Made by a program: the position numbers and the translations under genes
Notes under the pieces: generated by a model
The model's database searches: none
What the model was told of the DNA's origin: nothing
Seen by the model: only the letters and a program-made list of their open reading frames with translations
Assembly: GCA_024275145.1 (NCBI GenBank)
Contig: JAJRZR010000093.1
Coordinates: 7,228 to 71,227, forward strand
From: Deltaproteobacteria bacterium
GTDB lineage: Bacteria > Desulfobacterota > Dissulfuribacteria > Dissulfuribacterales > QOAL01
Direction: 5' to 3'
DNA: 64,000 nt
In this document: positions 11,312-21,575 of the stretch, piece by piece
Position numbering within the stretch: position 1 is the first letter of the stretch
How the letters are laid out: each line of letters begins with the position of its first letter

Positions 11312-13681
11312 ATGCTTGATTGGCAACGGTTATTAAGGATGGCTAAAAACGATGTAAGAACACAGGAGGCCGAACGAATCCTGAGAGGTAGGGTGGAAAG
11401 GGTAACCTTTGCCTCCAGGGAGACCGGTTTCGCTGTGTTGAGAGTCAGGCCTCCCAGGGGAGGGCTTTTTACGGCTATCGGGCACGTGCCGGAACTTTTA
11501 AATAATGCTGGTCTCGAGGGGAGTGAATTCCAATTCTTTGGCATGTGGACCATGACCAGGTATGGTCGCCAGTTTGCCTTTTCACGGTGCAAGCTTATGG
11601 GAAGTGAACTCCTTTTCTTTCTCTCAAGGGTGGTCAAGGGCCTTGGGGAGAGGCTTGCCAGCGAGTTGATAGAGCGTTTCGGTGAGGAGGAATTGTGCCG
11701 CATCCTGGACGAAAGGCCAAAGGAGCTTCTCAAGGTCAAGGGGATTAAGGAAAAGCGGTTGAGCCTGATACTACGTTCCTGGCACAAGCATCGGAGCCTG
11801 AGGGCACTGGCCGAATACCTTGGAGGACATGCCAGCATAACACCGAATCTTTTGATACGCATTTACAATCACTTTGGAGATGCATCCCTGGAGATTGTGA
11901 AGAAGAATCCATACAGCCTGACCGAGGTCAGGGGGATAGGATTCAAGACAGCAGATAAGATCGCCCTTGCAATCGGGGTCAAACAGGACTCTCCATTCAG
12001 GGTCAGAGCAGCAGTCACCCATGTGCTCGTCGAGGCAGCGGAATCAGATGGTAATTGTTTCTTGGCGGAAGGGCCCTTTGTAGATGCCGTACAAGAGGTG
12101 CTTTCTTCGGATGACAACGTGCCTGGGCGTGCTTTGATCATGGGGGTGCTCGAGCCCATGAGACTTGATGGCACCCTGGTGATAGGCCCTGCTGGTGAGA
12201 TAGGGCTTTCCGCCTATAAATATATGGAAGATTGGCTCAGGGAATTTTTTTCTTCAAGGGCAGAGCCGGGGAAAAGGCCCTTGATTTCTGCTGGAGATAT
12301 ACAGGATTTCCTGGAAAGGTACGAAGATGCCATTGGGATAGAGCTTGCACATGAGCAGCGGGAAATAGTCCGGTTAGTGGCAGGGGAACCCCGGATGGTA
12401 TTTGGCCTTGCAGGTTATGCTGGTACAGGTAAGACTACGGTTTGCCGGGCGATCCTCGAGCTTTTATCAGACCGCTATGCCGTAAGGGATGAGATAATAT
12501 GCTGCGCCTTTACGGGCATGGCTGCCTCCAGACTCAGAAAGACCACGGGATATGAGGCTATGACCATTCACGCCCTCCTAAAGTATAAGGGTGAAAACCA
12601 GTTTGAATATGGTCCTGACAAACCGCTTCCATACAAGGTGGTGCTTTTGGATGAGGCATCCATGGTGAGCCTTCCCCTCTTCTACAGGCTTGCCAGGGCG
12701 CTCAAGCCTTCAACCCTTTTCATACTGGTAGGTGATCCTGCGCAATTGCCCCCCATCGGTGCCGGGAACGTCTTTGCAGATGCCCTTTCATGCGGTCTTA
12801 TCCCTTCGGTTCACCTTACCCGGATCTATAGGCAGGGAGCAGGAAGCGTACTTACCCTCTTTGCCAATGAAATACGTCAGGGGAAGGTACCCGAGGGCGT
12901 AGAGGATTCTTGCTGGCAGGATTTTGTTTTCGAAAGACTTGAGAAGCACAACATCTATGCCCTTAAAAAGGGAAGCACCCCACGGGAATTGAAGCGCCTT
13001 CGGGAGGAAAACAACCAGGCGATCCTCGATCGCATCCTGGAGCTGGCCAGGGAATACAAGCAGACACTAACCCATCCTATATGGGATTTTCAGGTACTTA
13101 CCCCCATGAGGGTGGGTCAGCTTGGTACAGAGATCTTTAACCGGGAGCTCCAGAAGATCCTGAACGACGACCCCGGCAAGAAGGGCATAACCAGGGCCGG
13201 CATCCATATAATGGAAGGCGACAAGGTGGTTCATCTGCGAAACAGGGATATGCCTGTAATGGGCTGGCAATCCTTTGTAATGCAGGGAAAGGAATTCCTC
13301 TCAGACGGATTCAGGCGTATCTTCAATGGGAATGTAGGATTGGTGGTAAAGATCGATAACGAGGCGCAGCAGTTCCATGTGGTCTACCCTGAAAGGGTGG
13401 TAGTGGCCTATGATTTCGATCATCTCGGCGATATCGTAGAGCTTGCTTATGCACTTACTGTACACAAGGCTCAGGGTAGTCAGTATAAGATAGTGGTGAT
13501 TCCGCTTACCAATTCGCATTTCATTATGCTCAACAACAAATGGTTCTATACCGCCATAACACGGGCTGAAGAAAGGGTCTACTTGATAGGGCAGCGTTAT
13601 GCCTTGAACCGTGCGTGTACAAATGTGCAGGGAGTTACGCGCAATACCTGGTTGTGCAAAGAGGGCTCGAAGGGCAAGTGA
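11312..13681 (+). CDS. recD2: RecD2-type SF1 ATP-dependent DNA helicase (RecD-like / YrrC)
   Basis: 789 aa. Motifs present: Walker A GLAGYAGTGKTT, VVLLDEASMV, LVGDPAQLPPIG and YALTVHKAQGSQY. N-terminal OB/HhH-like region typical of RecD2. Confidence 0.9.
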   Translation: MLDWQRLLRMAKNDVRTQEAERILRGRVERVTFASRETGFAVLRVRPPRGGLFTAIGHVPELLNNAGLEGSEFQFFGMWTMTRYGRQFAFSRCKLMGSELLFFLSRVVKGLGERLASELIERFGEEELCRILDERPKELLKVKGIKEKRLSLILRSWHKHRSLRALAEYLGGHASITPNLLIRIYNHFGDASLEIVKKNPYSLTEVRGIGFKTADKIALAIGVKQDSPFRVRAAVTHVLVEAAESDGNCFLAEGPFVDAVQEVLSSDDNVPGRALIMGVLEPMRLDGTLVIGPAGEIGLSAYKYMEDWLREFFSSRAEPGKRPLISAGDIQDFLERYEDAIGIELAHEQREIVRLVAGEPRMVFGLAGYAGTGKTTVCRAILELLSDRYAVRDEIICCAFTGMAASRLRKTTGYEAMTIHALLKYKGENQFEYGPDKPLPYKVVLLDEASMVSLPLFYRLARALKPSTLFILVGDPAQLPPIGAGNVFADALSCGLIPSVHLTRIYRQGAGSVLTLFANEIRQGKVPEGVEDSCWQDFVFERLEKHNIYALKKGSTPRELKRLREENNQAILDRILELAREYKQTLTHPIWDFQVLTPMRVGQLGTEIFNRELQKILNDDPGKKGITRAGIHIMEGDKVVHLRNRDMPVMGWQSFVMQGKEFLSDGFRRIFNGNVGLVVKIDNEAQQFHVVYPERVVVAYDFDHLGDIVELAYALTVHKAQGSQYKIVVIPLTNSHFIMLNNKWFYTAITRAEERVYLIGQRYALNRACTNVQGVTRNTWLCKEGSKGK

Positions 13682-13955
13682 ACCTGGGCCATAAATTCAT
13701 GTTGACCGGAATGGTTTCGAATGGTAACAATTTAAAGTTAGACTTTATTCACTATAGAGATACGGCTCGGTATGAGCAATGTCTCCATGTTGGCGAGGCG
13801 CCGACATATGTCCAGGCGCATAAAGGCTTGGTGTGAAGATATCCCCTTGGGACGGTACCTTCAGGTAGGGGATAGCTGTATAAACAGGCAGGCTAGAAGG
13901 TCTGCCTGTGGAAAATTCAGCCCGAACAGGGTGTGTAGCAGGGGTATATTACAAC

Positions 13956-15092
13956 ATGATTTTGATTCTAAAGAAGGATGTGCAACCAGACGGGATAGAG
14001 GTTCAGAAAATAAAGGCCTTTTTTGAAAATTTCCCGGATATAAATCTAAAGATGGTGGAGTTCGAAGGGGAGACCCGCTCCGTAAGGGAGCTTCACGTTA
14101 TCGGTCTAACCCACAACGTTCCGGAAGAGGTTCTCAAGAATATGCCTGGTGTGGAGACAGTGGTCAGGGTCTCCACGAAATACAGGCAGATAGGCAGACA
14201 CGATGTCAATTTCGTTCCCATAGGATTCACCTACAACGGTGTAAAATTTGATCAGGAATGTCTTCATATATTTGCTGGCCCCTGTGCCGTGGATACCCCT
14301 GAGAATGTCGAGGCGACTTTCAAAACACTTAAGGAACTGGGCATAGAGACAGCCAGGATGGGGGCATACAAGCCGCGTACCAGTCCTTATGACTTCCAGG
14401 GGCATGGTGCCAAATGCCTGCCATGGGTCTATGAATTGGCCGGCAAGTATGGCATAAAGGTCATTGCCATGGAGGTCTTGCGGGAACAACACATCGACGA
14501 GATACTCAATGCCCTGGAGGAGACCGGACATCCAACCGGGGTTATGCTTCAGATAGGCACAAGAAATGCGCAGAACTTTGAGTTGCTGAAGGCAGTGGGT
14601 TCCCAGAGCCAGCTTCCTGTATTGTACAAGAGGGGTATGGGCCTGACTATAGAGGAGTCCCTCAACGCCTGTGAATACATAGCTAGCGAGGGGAATCGTA
14701 ATATCGTTTTTTGCCTGAGGGGCGTAAAATCCCAGCTTGGGGCTCCACATCGTAATCTTACGGATTTCGCCCACGTGCCAGTGATCAAACGGCTTACAAG
14801 GCTGCCGGTATGTGTCGATCCGAGTCACACTATTGGCTTCAAACAGGCATCGCCCGATGGCTTGATGGATATATTCCATGTGGCAGCCCAAGGGGTGGTC
14901 GCAGGAGCAAACATGATACTTGTGGAATGTCATCCTGATCCGGACTCGGCACTATGTGATGGTCCCCAGTCTCTTACATTCGACGAGCTTGAGCGGTTTC
15001 TTACGGATATGTCTATCGCTAGGGAGGCATACCAAAAAAGGGTGAATGCCTGGTCTCAGAAAATTGTCAGGGAGATGACAGAGGCCGCTTGA
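13956..15092 (+). CDS. 3-deoxy-7-phosphoheptulonate (DAHP) synthase, type I-beta with N-terminal ferredoxin-like regulatory domain
   Basis: The core AGPCAVDTPENV...ARMGAYKPRTSPYDFQGHG resembles Thermotoga-type DAHPS. It is preceded by a roughly 70-aa domain (MILILKKDVQ...). The track starts at GTG 13908; ATG 13956 is preferred. Confidence 0.88.
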   Translation: MILILKKDVQPDGIEVQKIKAFFENFPDINLKMVEFEGETRSVRELHVIGLTHNVPEEVLKNMPGVETVVRVSTKYRQIGRHDVNFVPIGFTYNGVKFDQECLHIFAGPCAVDTPENVEATFKTLKELGIETARMGAYKPRTSPYDFQGHGAKCLPWVYELAGKYGIKVIAMEVLREQHIDEILNALEETGHPTGVMLQIGTRNAQNFELLKAVGSQSQLPVLYKRGMGLTIEESLNACEYIASEGNRNIVFCLRGVKSQLGAPHRNLTDFAHVPVIKRLTRLPVCVDPSHTIGFKQASPDGLMDIFHVAAQGVVAGANMILVECHPDPDSALCDGPQSLTFDELERFLTDMSIAREAYQKRVNAWSQKIVREMTEAA

Positions 15093-15341
15093 ACCACGAA
15101 GGTGCCCTGAGTGTGAAATATGGTTTTGGGACTGCTTGTTTTAATGGGGAGAAAAATTCATGTAGCCATATCTTCGGCACAGTGCATCCAGGATGCAAAT
15201 ATGGTTCAGGGGCAAAATATATAAAAAGCTTTAATAAAGGGCAATGGATCGGGATGAAGGGGGGGTGATAGGTTCAACAGGACAACGGTCGTTTTACAGG
15301 GATTATTTATTCATGAATTCAAGGGTTAGGAGGGGTAATCC

Positions 15342-16937
15342 ATGAAACAGAAATTATTTGCAGTACTGGCGCTAATTGCTGGGCTTTGCATCGCAGGCAT
15401 TGCCCAGGCTGGTCCAGGGTCTGTGGAGGTTCAGACCCTTGGAGATATTACCATAAAGATGGGGGCGCAGATAAGGATCGTTCCTACAGGAGAGGTCAAC
15501 AGGGATTTCGGCGTGAGCGATCGCATGGACAATGTCAAGGAGGCAAGAGCCGCTGCTGCTATGCGGTCCCTGGGGGTTGGGACCGACAGCACCAGGGTGC
15601 ATCTCAACGAGGCAGGCGGTGCGGTGAAGGATAGCTATATCAGGGGGGAAAACCGTTTATTCTTCAATTTCATACATGGCCAGGACTGGGATGTATATAT
15701 GGCCCTGGAATCGGATACGGTACTTGACAGAAGATCTGCGGACCGCACCGATTTTGCCTATGGCCGTCAGAGCCAGCAGTTTGGTATCGAAAGGCTCCTT
15801 GCAAGCTTCAACGTGCCCATGATCCATTCAAGGGTCAAGGCCGGATGGGATGCCAGGGGCATAGATATCGGCTATGGCGGGCTCGTTTACGGGGATGATG
15901 ATCCAGGAATAGGGATCGATGGCGGCATGGATAATTTCAAATGGTCCGTCTGGTATATAAAGAAGGACGAGGACGAGGCCGGTTATTACTACGATCCAAA
16001 TAATCTGGCCATCAACCCCATTGGCTCCCCGGTGCAGGGAAAGGACAACGACCGCACGTACATATATGGCAAGCTTGGGTATTCCATATCCGGTTCCTAT
16101 GTAGAGGGTTTTGTTATGTCCGATCTGAACGATCTTAAAGGCATAAACATAGATCGTTACTTCATGGGCATCAATTACAAGGGAACATACGGTATATTCA
16201 AGCCAGTGGTTGAAATAGCCTATGTAACGGGTGATTACGATGCACCGGGCGTAAAGGATAAGGATATCAGTTCATGGGCTGCCTTTGCAGACTTGGCGTT
16301 CGATCTCCATGAGATGGTCGGGATCAAGAAGTTCGAGGTTCATGTCGGCGGGATATATGCCCAGGGTGATGACGACATGAATGACAACGATCTCGAAGGC
16401 TGGGCACCTGCCGTTGGTATAACCAGGTTTACCCCACGTTTCGGTAGCGAGCAGAGCATTTCGTTCGATGGGAACCCCATACTGGGCCAAACCCTCTACA
16501 GCATCATGCCAGCTTACTACGGTACTATAAGGGGCGCCGGTATCAATGGCGCTGCCGCACTTGACAACCCAGGTCTTCAGATGATCGGAGGCGGTGTAAA
16601 GGCCGCCTATGGTCGTTGGACCTATATTACCAACGTAATGGCCATGTGGTTTGACGAAAGTGATGCAGTAGAGACCTACTATACCAAGGTGGGCAACTTG
16701 GCCAATGTGGATATAGACGAGTTCATGGGGGTTGAGTGGAACAATGAACTCCGCTATCAGGTCTACAAGTCCGTGACCATCAAGGGCGGGGCCGCGTTCC
16801 TGTTCCCTGGTGATGGTGCCAAGGATATCACGAAGGCACTTGACGCAATAGGCCGTGGGCTTACCAATTTCAAGGATGGCCGTGAATCTGACGACGTATC
16901 CATGAGGTTTGCTGCGGAGCTGTTGTGGTTCTTTTAA
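15342..16937 (+). CDS. Outer-membrane beta-barrel porin-like protein
   Basis: Signal peptide MKQKLFAVLALIAGLCIAGIAQA. The sequence is rich in alternating aromatic/Gly/Asp beta-strand patterns. C-terminal ...AAELLWFF ends in Phe, as in OMP sorting signals. AGGAGG upstream. Confidence 0.7.
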   Translation: MKQKLFAVLALIAGLCIAGIAQAGPGSVEVQTLGDITIKMGAQIRIVPTGEVNRDFGVSDRMDNVKEARAAAAMRSLGVGTDSTRVHLNEAGGAVKDSYIRGENRLFFNFIHGQDWDVYMALESDTVLDRRSADRTDFAYGRQSQQFGIERLLASFNVPMIHSRVKAGWDARGIDIGYGGLVYGDDDPGIGIDGGMDNFKWSVWYIKKDEDEAGYYYDPNNLAINPIGSPVQGKDNDRTYIYGKLGYSISGSYVEGFVMSDLNDLKGINIDRYFMGINYKGTYGIFKPVVEIAYVTGDYDAPGVKDKDISSWAAFADLAFDLHEMVGIKKFEVHVGGIYAQGDDDMNDNDLEGWAPAVGITRFTPRFGSEQSISFDGNPILGQTLYSIMPAYYGTIRGAGINGAAALDNPGLQMIGGGVKAAYGRWTYITNVMAMWFDESDAVETYYTKVGNLANVDIDEFMGVEWNNELRYQVYKSVTIKGGAAFLFPGDGAKDITKALDAIGRGLTNFKDGRESDDVSMRFAAELLWFF

Positions 16938-16980
16938 TATATATCCCTTCAACGGGGAGGGCAGGGTAATTCCTTGAATA

Positions 16981-17013
16981 AAAGGGGCCTGGTAGTAATT
17001 GCCAGGCCCCTTT
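16981..17013. terminator. Bidirectional hairpin terminator between the convergent porin gene and folC
   Basis: Perfect 12-bp inverted repeat AAAGGGGCCTGG / CCAGGCCCCTTT with a 9-nt loop. Confidence 0.75.
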
Positions 17014-17115
17014 CCTTATAGTATACGGTTCTGCCGAGGAGGATATGGCTCTATTCGAATCGTTCGTTGTGACCAAGGCCGTGCCTCCTCGGGGCAGAAT
17101 ATATCTTTATGGCAA

Positions 17116-18468
17116 TTATGCCGTCTCAGATTGCCTTGGCAACACGGGGACCAGCCTGCCACGCACAGCGCCGACCAGGTAAAGAGAGCCTGCCACACAC
17201 AACAGGTCCGTACTGCACCTGCACGTGTCGAGGCAGTAGGAAAGAGCCCGCTTCCAATTCTTTTCAAGCCGGACAGTCGCACGGTCGTCCAGGTGTTCTT
17301 TCCATTCTTCTATCGTAACGGGATGTCTGGGGCCAGGTGGTTCGGTTATGATCACTTTGTTGAAAAACGGGACAATTTCCTTCAGCATATGGGTGAAGTC
17401 CTTGTCTTTACCCTCGTTTGAGCAGGCCCATAGTAGAATCCAGGTGCTGCTGTCGTCCTTTGACCTGGCCATATCGGCCAGTAGTTCCCTTAGCGCCCTT
17501 GCTCCATCCAGGTTGTGCGCGCCATCGATGAACAGGTCGCATCCCTCGTAGCGTATCCTTTCACCCCTGCCAGGCCATATAAGTTTCCTACACCCTTCTA
17601 TTATATGGGCACGACGGATCTCGAATCCCTTCTTGTTGAGCAGTTCGCACGTAGCCAGGGCCAGTGATAAATTGTCTGCCTGGTGCCTGCCCTTGAGCGC
17701 TGGATCGAGTCCCTTTATTTCCAGACGAATACCTGAATAGTTGGCCCGGCCCTGGTCATCCATGGTAATGTGGAAATCCCTTCCTCTTTTAAACTCCGCG
17801 GCGCCTAGACCCTTGCATCTGCTTGATATTATCCTGGCTGCCTCAGTCCCTGAGGGGACGCCGCTTACCACCTCCACCCCGGGTTTTATGATGCCTGCCT
17901 TCTCGCTGGCGATTTCCCCGATAGATTGCCCCAGATATTTCTGGTGATCGATGCCGATGGTCGTGATTACCGCCACCAGTGGTGAAATTACGTTGGTAGC
18001 ATCAAGCCTGCCTCCAAGACCTGTTTCGAATACGGCGATGTCCACCCGGTTTTCTGCAAACCATACCATGGATATCGCCGTGGTATATTCGAAATAGCTA
18101 AGTTCATAGCCTGCCTCTACTAGGTCTTTGATCTTGAATATTATACGAGCCAGGTCATCATCTGGTATCATCTTGCCGTTTATTTGGAATCTTTCTGCAA
18201 GGTACAGTAGGTGGGGAGAGGTGTAGAGGCCCGTCCTATAGCCGGATGCCCTGAGTATAGAGGCTATCGTTGCGCAGACGGATCCCTTGCCGTTGGTGCC
18301 AGCAACGTGGATTGAGGGGTAATCCATGTGAGGGGCGCCCAGTGCATCAAGTACGGCATGTATCCGCTCCAGCCCCAGGCGAAAACCATGGAACTGAAAT
18401 CCATTCAGGTAATTGATAGCGTCTTCGAGATAAGATTTGTCTTTTTTCATAATCCGATTAGATTCCAT
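17116..18468 (-). CDS. folC: Bifunctional folylpolyglutamate synthase / dihydrofolate synthase
   Basis: 450 aa. Mur-ligase P-loop HVAGTNGKGS and FolC-like sequence throughout. The start may be the second ATG at 18450. Confidence 0.92.
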   Translation of the reverse strand: MESNRIMKKDKSYLEDAINYLNGFQFHGFRLGLERIHAVLDALGAPHMDYPSIHVAGTNGKGSVCATIASILRASGYRTGLYTSPHLLYLAERFQINGKMIPDDDLARIIFKIKDLVEAGYELSYFEYTTAISMVWFAENRVDIAVFETGLGGRLDATNVISPLVAVITTIGIDHQKYLGQSIGEIASEKAGIIKPGVEVVSGVPSGTEAARIISSRCKGLGAAEFKRGRDFHITMDDQGRANYSGIRLEIKGLDPALKGRHQADNLSLALATCELLNKKGFEIRRAHIIEGCRKLIWPGRGERIRYEGCDLFIDGAHNLDGARALRELLADMARSKDDSSTWILLWACSNEGKDKDFTHMLKEIVPFFNKVIITEPPGPRHPVTIEEWKEHLDDRATVRLEKNWKRALSYCLDTCRCSTDLLCVAGSLYLVGAVRGRLVPVLPRQSETA

Positions 18469-18614
18469 CCCAAACCTTCATGCGGCCCAGCCCCCCTGAT
18501 GCCGCACCCCATGGCGGGGGATACGGCCCAAGGGCAGGTGAGTTTTCATGCTATAAATTCGTAGGGGCCGTAAGCGTCCATATTGGAAAGATTTGGGCAT
18601 GCAGGGTAGGCATC

Positions 18615-20129
18615 ATGAAAATGAACACGATAACGGTTCCCATACTAAAATTGGTATTGTTTTGTCTGATTCTGTCCTTCCTGACCGGTTGCCAGGTGCC
18701 TGTTGGCAATTCTACACTGGGTAAATCCGGTTGCAAACGCTGTCACCCAGTAAATCTGGACAAGGCTCATGATCTCCCTTGCCGCTATTGCCACAGGGGT
18801 AATCCAGGTGGACGTTTCAGGAAGATTGCACATCAGGGGCTCGTTTCCCATCCTGCTGATCCTAGGGATATGAAGCAGTTTTGTGGATTCTGCCATCCCG
18901 GCGAGGTGGCTACGATGGCAAATTCTATACATTTTACCTTGAAAAAGGAGATAACCGCGGTATGGGAGGCCTTTTTCCCCGGTGATAGTCCTCGAGGTTT
19001 CCAGGATCTGCCTGTAAGATATCACCCTGAAACTGCAAGGGGGGTGATTGCAGACATGTTGAGGCGCAGGTGTTTGAAATGCCACGTATATTATCAGGGC
19101 GACAGTTATCAGGGAACAAGGAGGGGCACAGGGTGCGCGGCTTGTCATTTTGAAAAAGGCCTTTCCCATTCGCCTTTGGATCACAGGTTCGATAGAAAGG
19201 TGCCGGATGATCGCTGTCTATCATGCCATTATGCCAACTTCGTGGGATGGGACTTTTATGGCAGGTTTGAGGCAGATTATCCCGAGGATTTCAGGGCCCC
19301 ACTATACAAAGGGGCAAACCTGCCAAGGCCCTACGGCGTGGAATGGCATGCCATGACCCCTGATATCCACCAGAGAACGGGCATGGGATGTTCCGATTGC
19401 CATGATCCCATGAAGGGCAGGGTGGCAGGCGATTACGAGCCAGGAAGTGGTTCAGTTGGCACAAGAGGATGCCTTACCTGTCATCTCACTCCTGGTAAGG
19501 GATCAGCCAGGATTATGGATGAAGAGAGGATTGGACACAGACCCGTAGACAGGAAGATCGTTGACTGCGCCACGTGCCATGCCCTCTGGTCTTTCCAGGA
19601 TTACGGCCGTTCACTCACGCGCCAGGATATACCGGATTATGATGACTGGTTTCAACTTGCAGTACAGGGAAGCAGTGAGGTGGAGGTACAGATAGAATCG
19701 AATCTCAAAAGGCCTATTATGGATTGGGAGATACCATGGATGGCCGACAAGTTTACCGGTGAGGACAGATATGGATTGTGGTTGGAGGGATTTTCGAGGC
19801 GCAGGTGGGCCCCTGTGGTGCTCGGGGAATGTTCTGGAAAATTATATGTGATAAGGCCTCTCCTCGATATCTCCGTATCCTATGTGGACTTCAATGACGA
19901 GGTGCTGTTCGATAACCTCAGGCCTGCCATGCATGCTGGATGTAAACCGCTTTCTATCCCGGAATCGCTTTCTATCCCTGCTGGCCATAAACCGGGTCCA
20001 GAGGTGTGGAGGCCTTATGCCCCTCACACCATTGGGAAGGCCGATACCTTCAGGACATTACAGGTGATTGATTGGGTTAAACGTAAACTTTCATGCCTGT
20101 CCGGCCGTTGTGCAGTCCCCCGGACATGA
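18615..20129 (+). CDS. Lipoprotein multihaem c-type cytochrome (nine CxxCH motifs) with a haem-free C-terminal domain
   Basis: From ATG 18615 it reads MKMNTITVPILKLVLFCLILSFLTGC, a signal peptide with lipobox L-T-G-C. Haem motifs: CKRCH, CRYCH, CGFCH, CLKCH, CAACH, CLSCH, CSDCH, CLTCH, CATCH. The last roughly 170 aa have none. Confidence 0.88.
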   Translation: MKMNTITVPILKLVLFCLILSFLTGCQVPVGNSTLGKSGCKRCHPVNLDKAHDLPCRYCHRGNPGGRFRKIAHQGLVSHPADPRDMKQFCGFCHPGEVATMANSIHFTLKKEITAVWEAFFPGDSPRGFQDLPVRYHPETARGVIADMLRRRCLKCHVYYQGDSYQGTRRGTGCAACHFEKGLSHSPLDHRFDRKVPDDRCLSCHYANFVGWDFYGRFEADYPEDFRAPLYKGANLPRPYGVEWHAMTPDIHQRTGMGCSDCHDPMKGRVAGDYEPGSGSVGTRGCLTCHLTPGKGSARIMDEERIGHRPVDRKIVDCATCHALWSFQDYGRSLTRQDIPDYDDWFQLAVQGSSEVEVQIESNLKRPIMDWEIPWMADKFTGEDRYGLWLEGFSRRRWAPVVLGECSGKLYVIRPLLDISVSYVDFNDEVLFDNLRPAMHAGCKPLSIPESLSIPAGHKPGPEVWRPYAPHTIGKADTFRTLQVIDWVKRKLSCLSGRCAVPRT

Positions 20130-20361
20130 AAATATAGCCCGGAAGGAGGGGCACTATTTTTGCGCTAAGTTATGTACTTCAGGAGATACGTTCTGTGAGG
20201 TAGATAACGGTCGGAACCAACCAGGTAATTGCATAATTCGGGGCAAGTGGTTAAGAATGGAGTTCAGTTTCATATCCTTGATCCCAGACACTGCAGCAAG
20301 GGAAAACATCGGCCTAAAACGGCGGTTAGAATATATCAGCAAGAGAAAGGACCATCCCATC

Positions 20362-21432
20362 ATGGACATCAAAATGCGACTCCTTCCGGAATCAGACAGG
20401 AAGCCATTGCCAGATACCAATAATCTCGGTTTTGGTATCCATTTTTCAGATCACATGTTCGTCATGGACTATCAGGAAGATAAGGGATGGCACGATCCGC
20501 GAATCACCCCTTATGATGATTTTTCCATGGATCCTGCATCCGTGTGTCTGCACTATGGCCAGGCGATATTTGAGGGTCTGAAGGCCTTCCGGGGTGTGGA
20601 CGGCAAAATAAGGCTGTTTCGTCCCCTGGAGAACATGAAACGTTTCAACACCTCGGCCTGGAGGATGTGTATGCCAAGGGTAGAGGAGTGGGGCCTGCTT
20701 GAATCCATCAAGCAACTGGTGAGGGTGGACTCACGCTGGGTGCCCGAGGCAAAAGGGACCTCGCTTTACATACGCCCTTTCATGGTTGCGACCGAGGCCT
20801 TTCTCGGTGTCAGACCTGCCAAGGAGTATCTGTTATGTACGATCTTGAGCCCGGTGGGTGCGTACTACTCCGAGGGCTTCAATCCTGTAAAGATATACGT
20901 AACGGATAAATACGTAAGGGCAGCACCGGGCGGGGTAGGTGAGGCAAAGACCGCCGGAAATTATGCTGCAAGCCTTATGGCATCAGAGGAGGCGAAAGAG
21001 CTGGGTTTCACTCAGGTCCTGTGGCTTGATGCGGTCAAGAGGCGTTTCGTCGAAGAGGTTGGGACCATGAATATCTTTTTCCTGTTTGACGATGCCCTGG
21101 TAACCCCTGCACTCAGTGGGAGTATCCTGGCAGGTATTACCAGGGATTCAGTCCTGCACCTTGCCAGGTCCTGGGGGTTAAACGTAGAAGAGCGAGCTGT
21201 TTCGATAGACGAGGTAACCAAAAGGGCTGAAAACGGGGAATTGAAGGAATGCTTCGGAACCGGTACTGCTGCCGTCATATCGCCTGTCGGGTCACTTTTC
21301 TATAAAGGAAGGAGTTACACTGTAAATGGTGGTGAAACCGGTCCTTTGGCCCAACGTCTGTTTGATGAGTTGACATCTCTCCAATACGGAGAGCAGGAAG
21401 ATACCCATGGATGGATAGAGGTCCTGGATTGA
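20362..21432 (+). CDS. ilvE: Branched-chain amino acid aminotransferase
   Basis: From M at 20362 the product is about 356 aa. It reads FGIHFSDHMF...LHYGQAIFEGLKAFR...EAKTAGNYAASL, typical of class IV BCAT. The long upstream extension in the track has no homology-like content. Confidence 0.94.
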   Translation: MDIKMRLLPESDRKPLPDTNNLGFGIHFSDHMFVMDYQEDKGWHDPRITPYDDFSMDPASVCLHYGQAIFEGLKAFRGVDGKIRLFRPLENMKRFNTSAWRMCMPRVEEWGLLESIKQLVRVDSRWVPEAKGTSLYIRPFMVATEAFLGVRPAKEYLLCTILSPVGAYYSEGFNPVKIYVTDKYVRAAPGGVGEAKTAGNYAASLMASEEAKELGFTQVLWLDAVKRRFVEEVGTMNIFFLFDDALVTPALSGSILAGITRDSVLHLARSWGLNVEERAVSIDEVTKRAENGELKECFGTGTAAVISPVGSLFYKGRSYTVNGGETGPLAQRLFDELTSLQYGEQEDTHGWIEVLD

Positions 21433-21575
21433 TTCCCTGATATGGCGCTTGCCAAGAGGATGCCAGCTGTTGCAGCCTGCCCCGTTTTCTCCCTTCTTAA
21501 GGAATTGAACTCTTATGCCGAAGAATGTTGATGAAGGCCAGGGGAATACTTCACTTCTTATTACGGGAAGATTCC

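Noticed and set aside
11131-11862. 243-aa minus-strand ORF overlapping the recD2 5' region
   Set aside because: It is antisense to recD2. The Arg/Ser/Leu/Pro-rich composition carries no motif.
14106-14933. 275-aa minus-strand ORF inside the DAHP synthase gene
   Set aside because: It is antisense to a gene with clear family motifs and has no independent support.
19948-19978. 18-nt tandem duplication (LSIPES/LSIPAG) in the cytochrome gene as a phase-variation repeat
   Set aside because: There are only two copies, they are in frame, and the unit is not a simple short repeat prone to slippage. It is most likely a neutral duplication.
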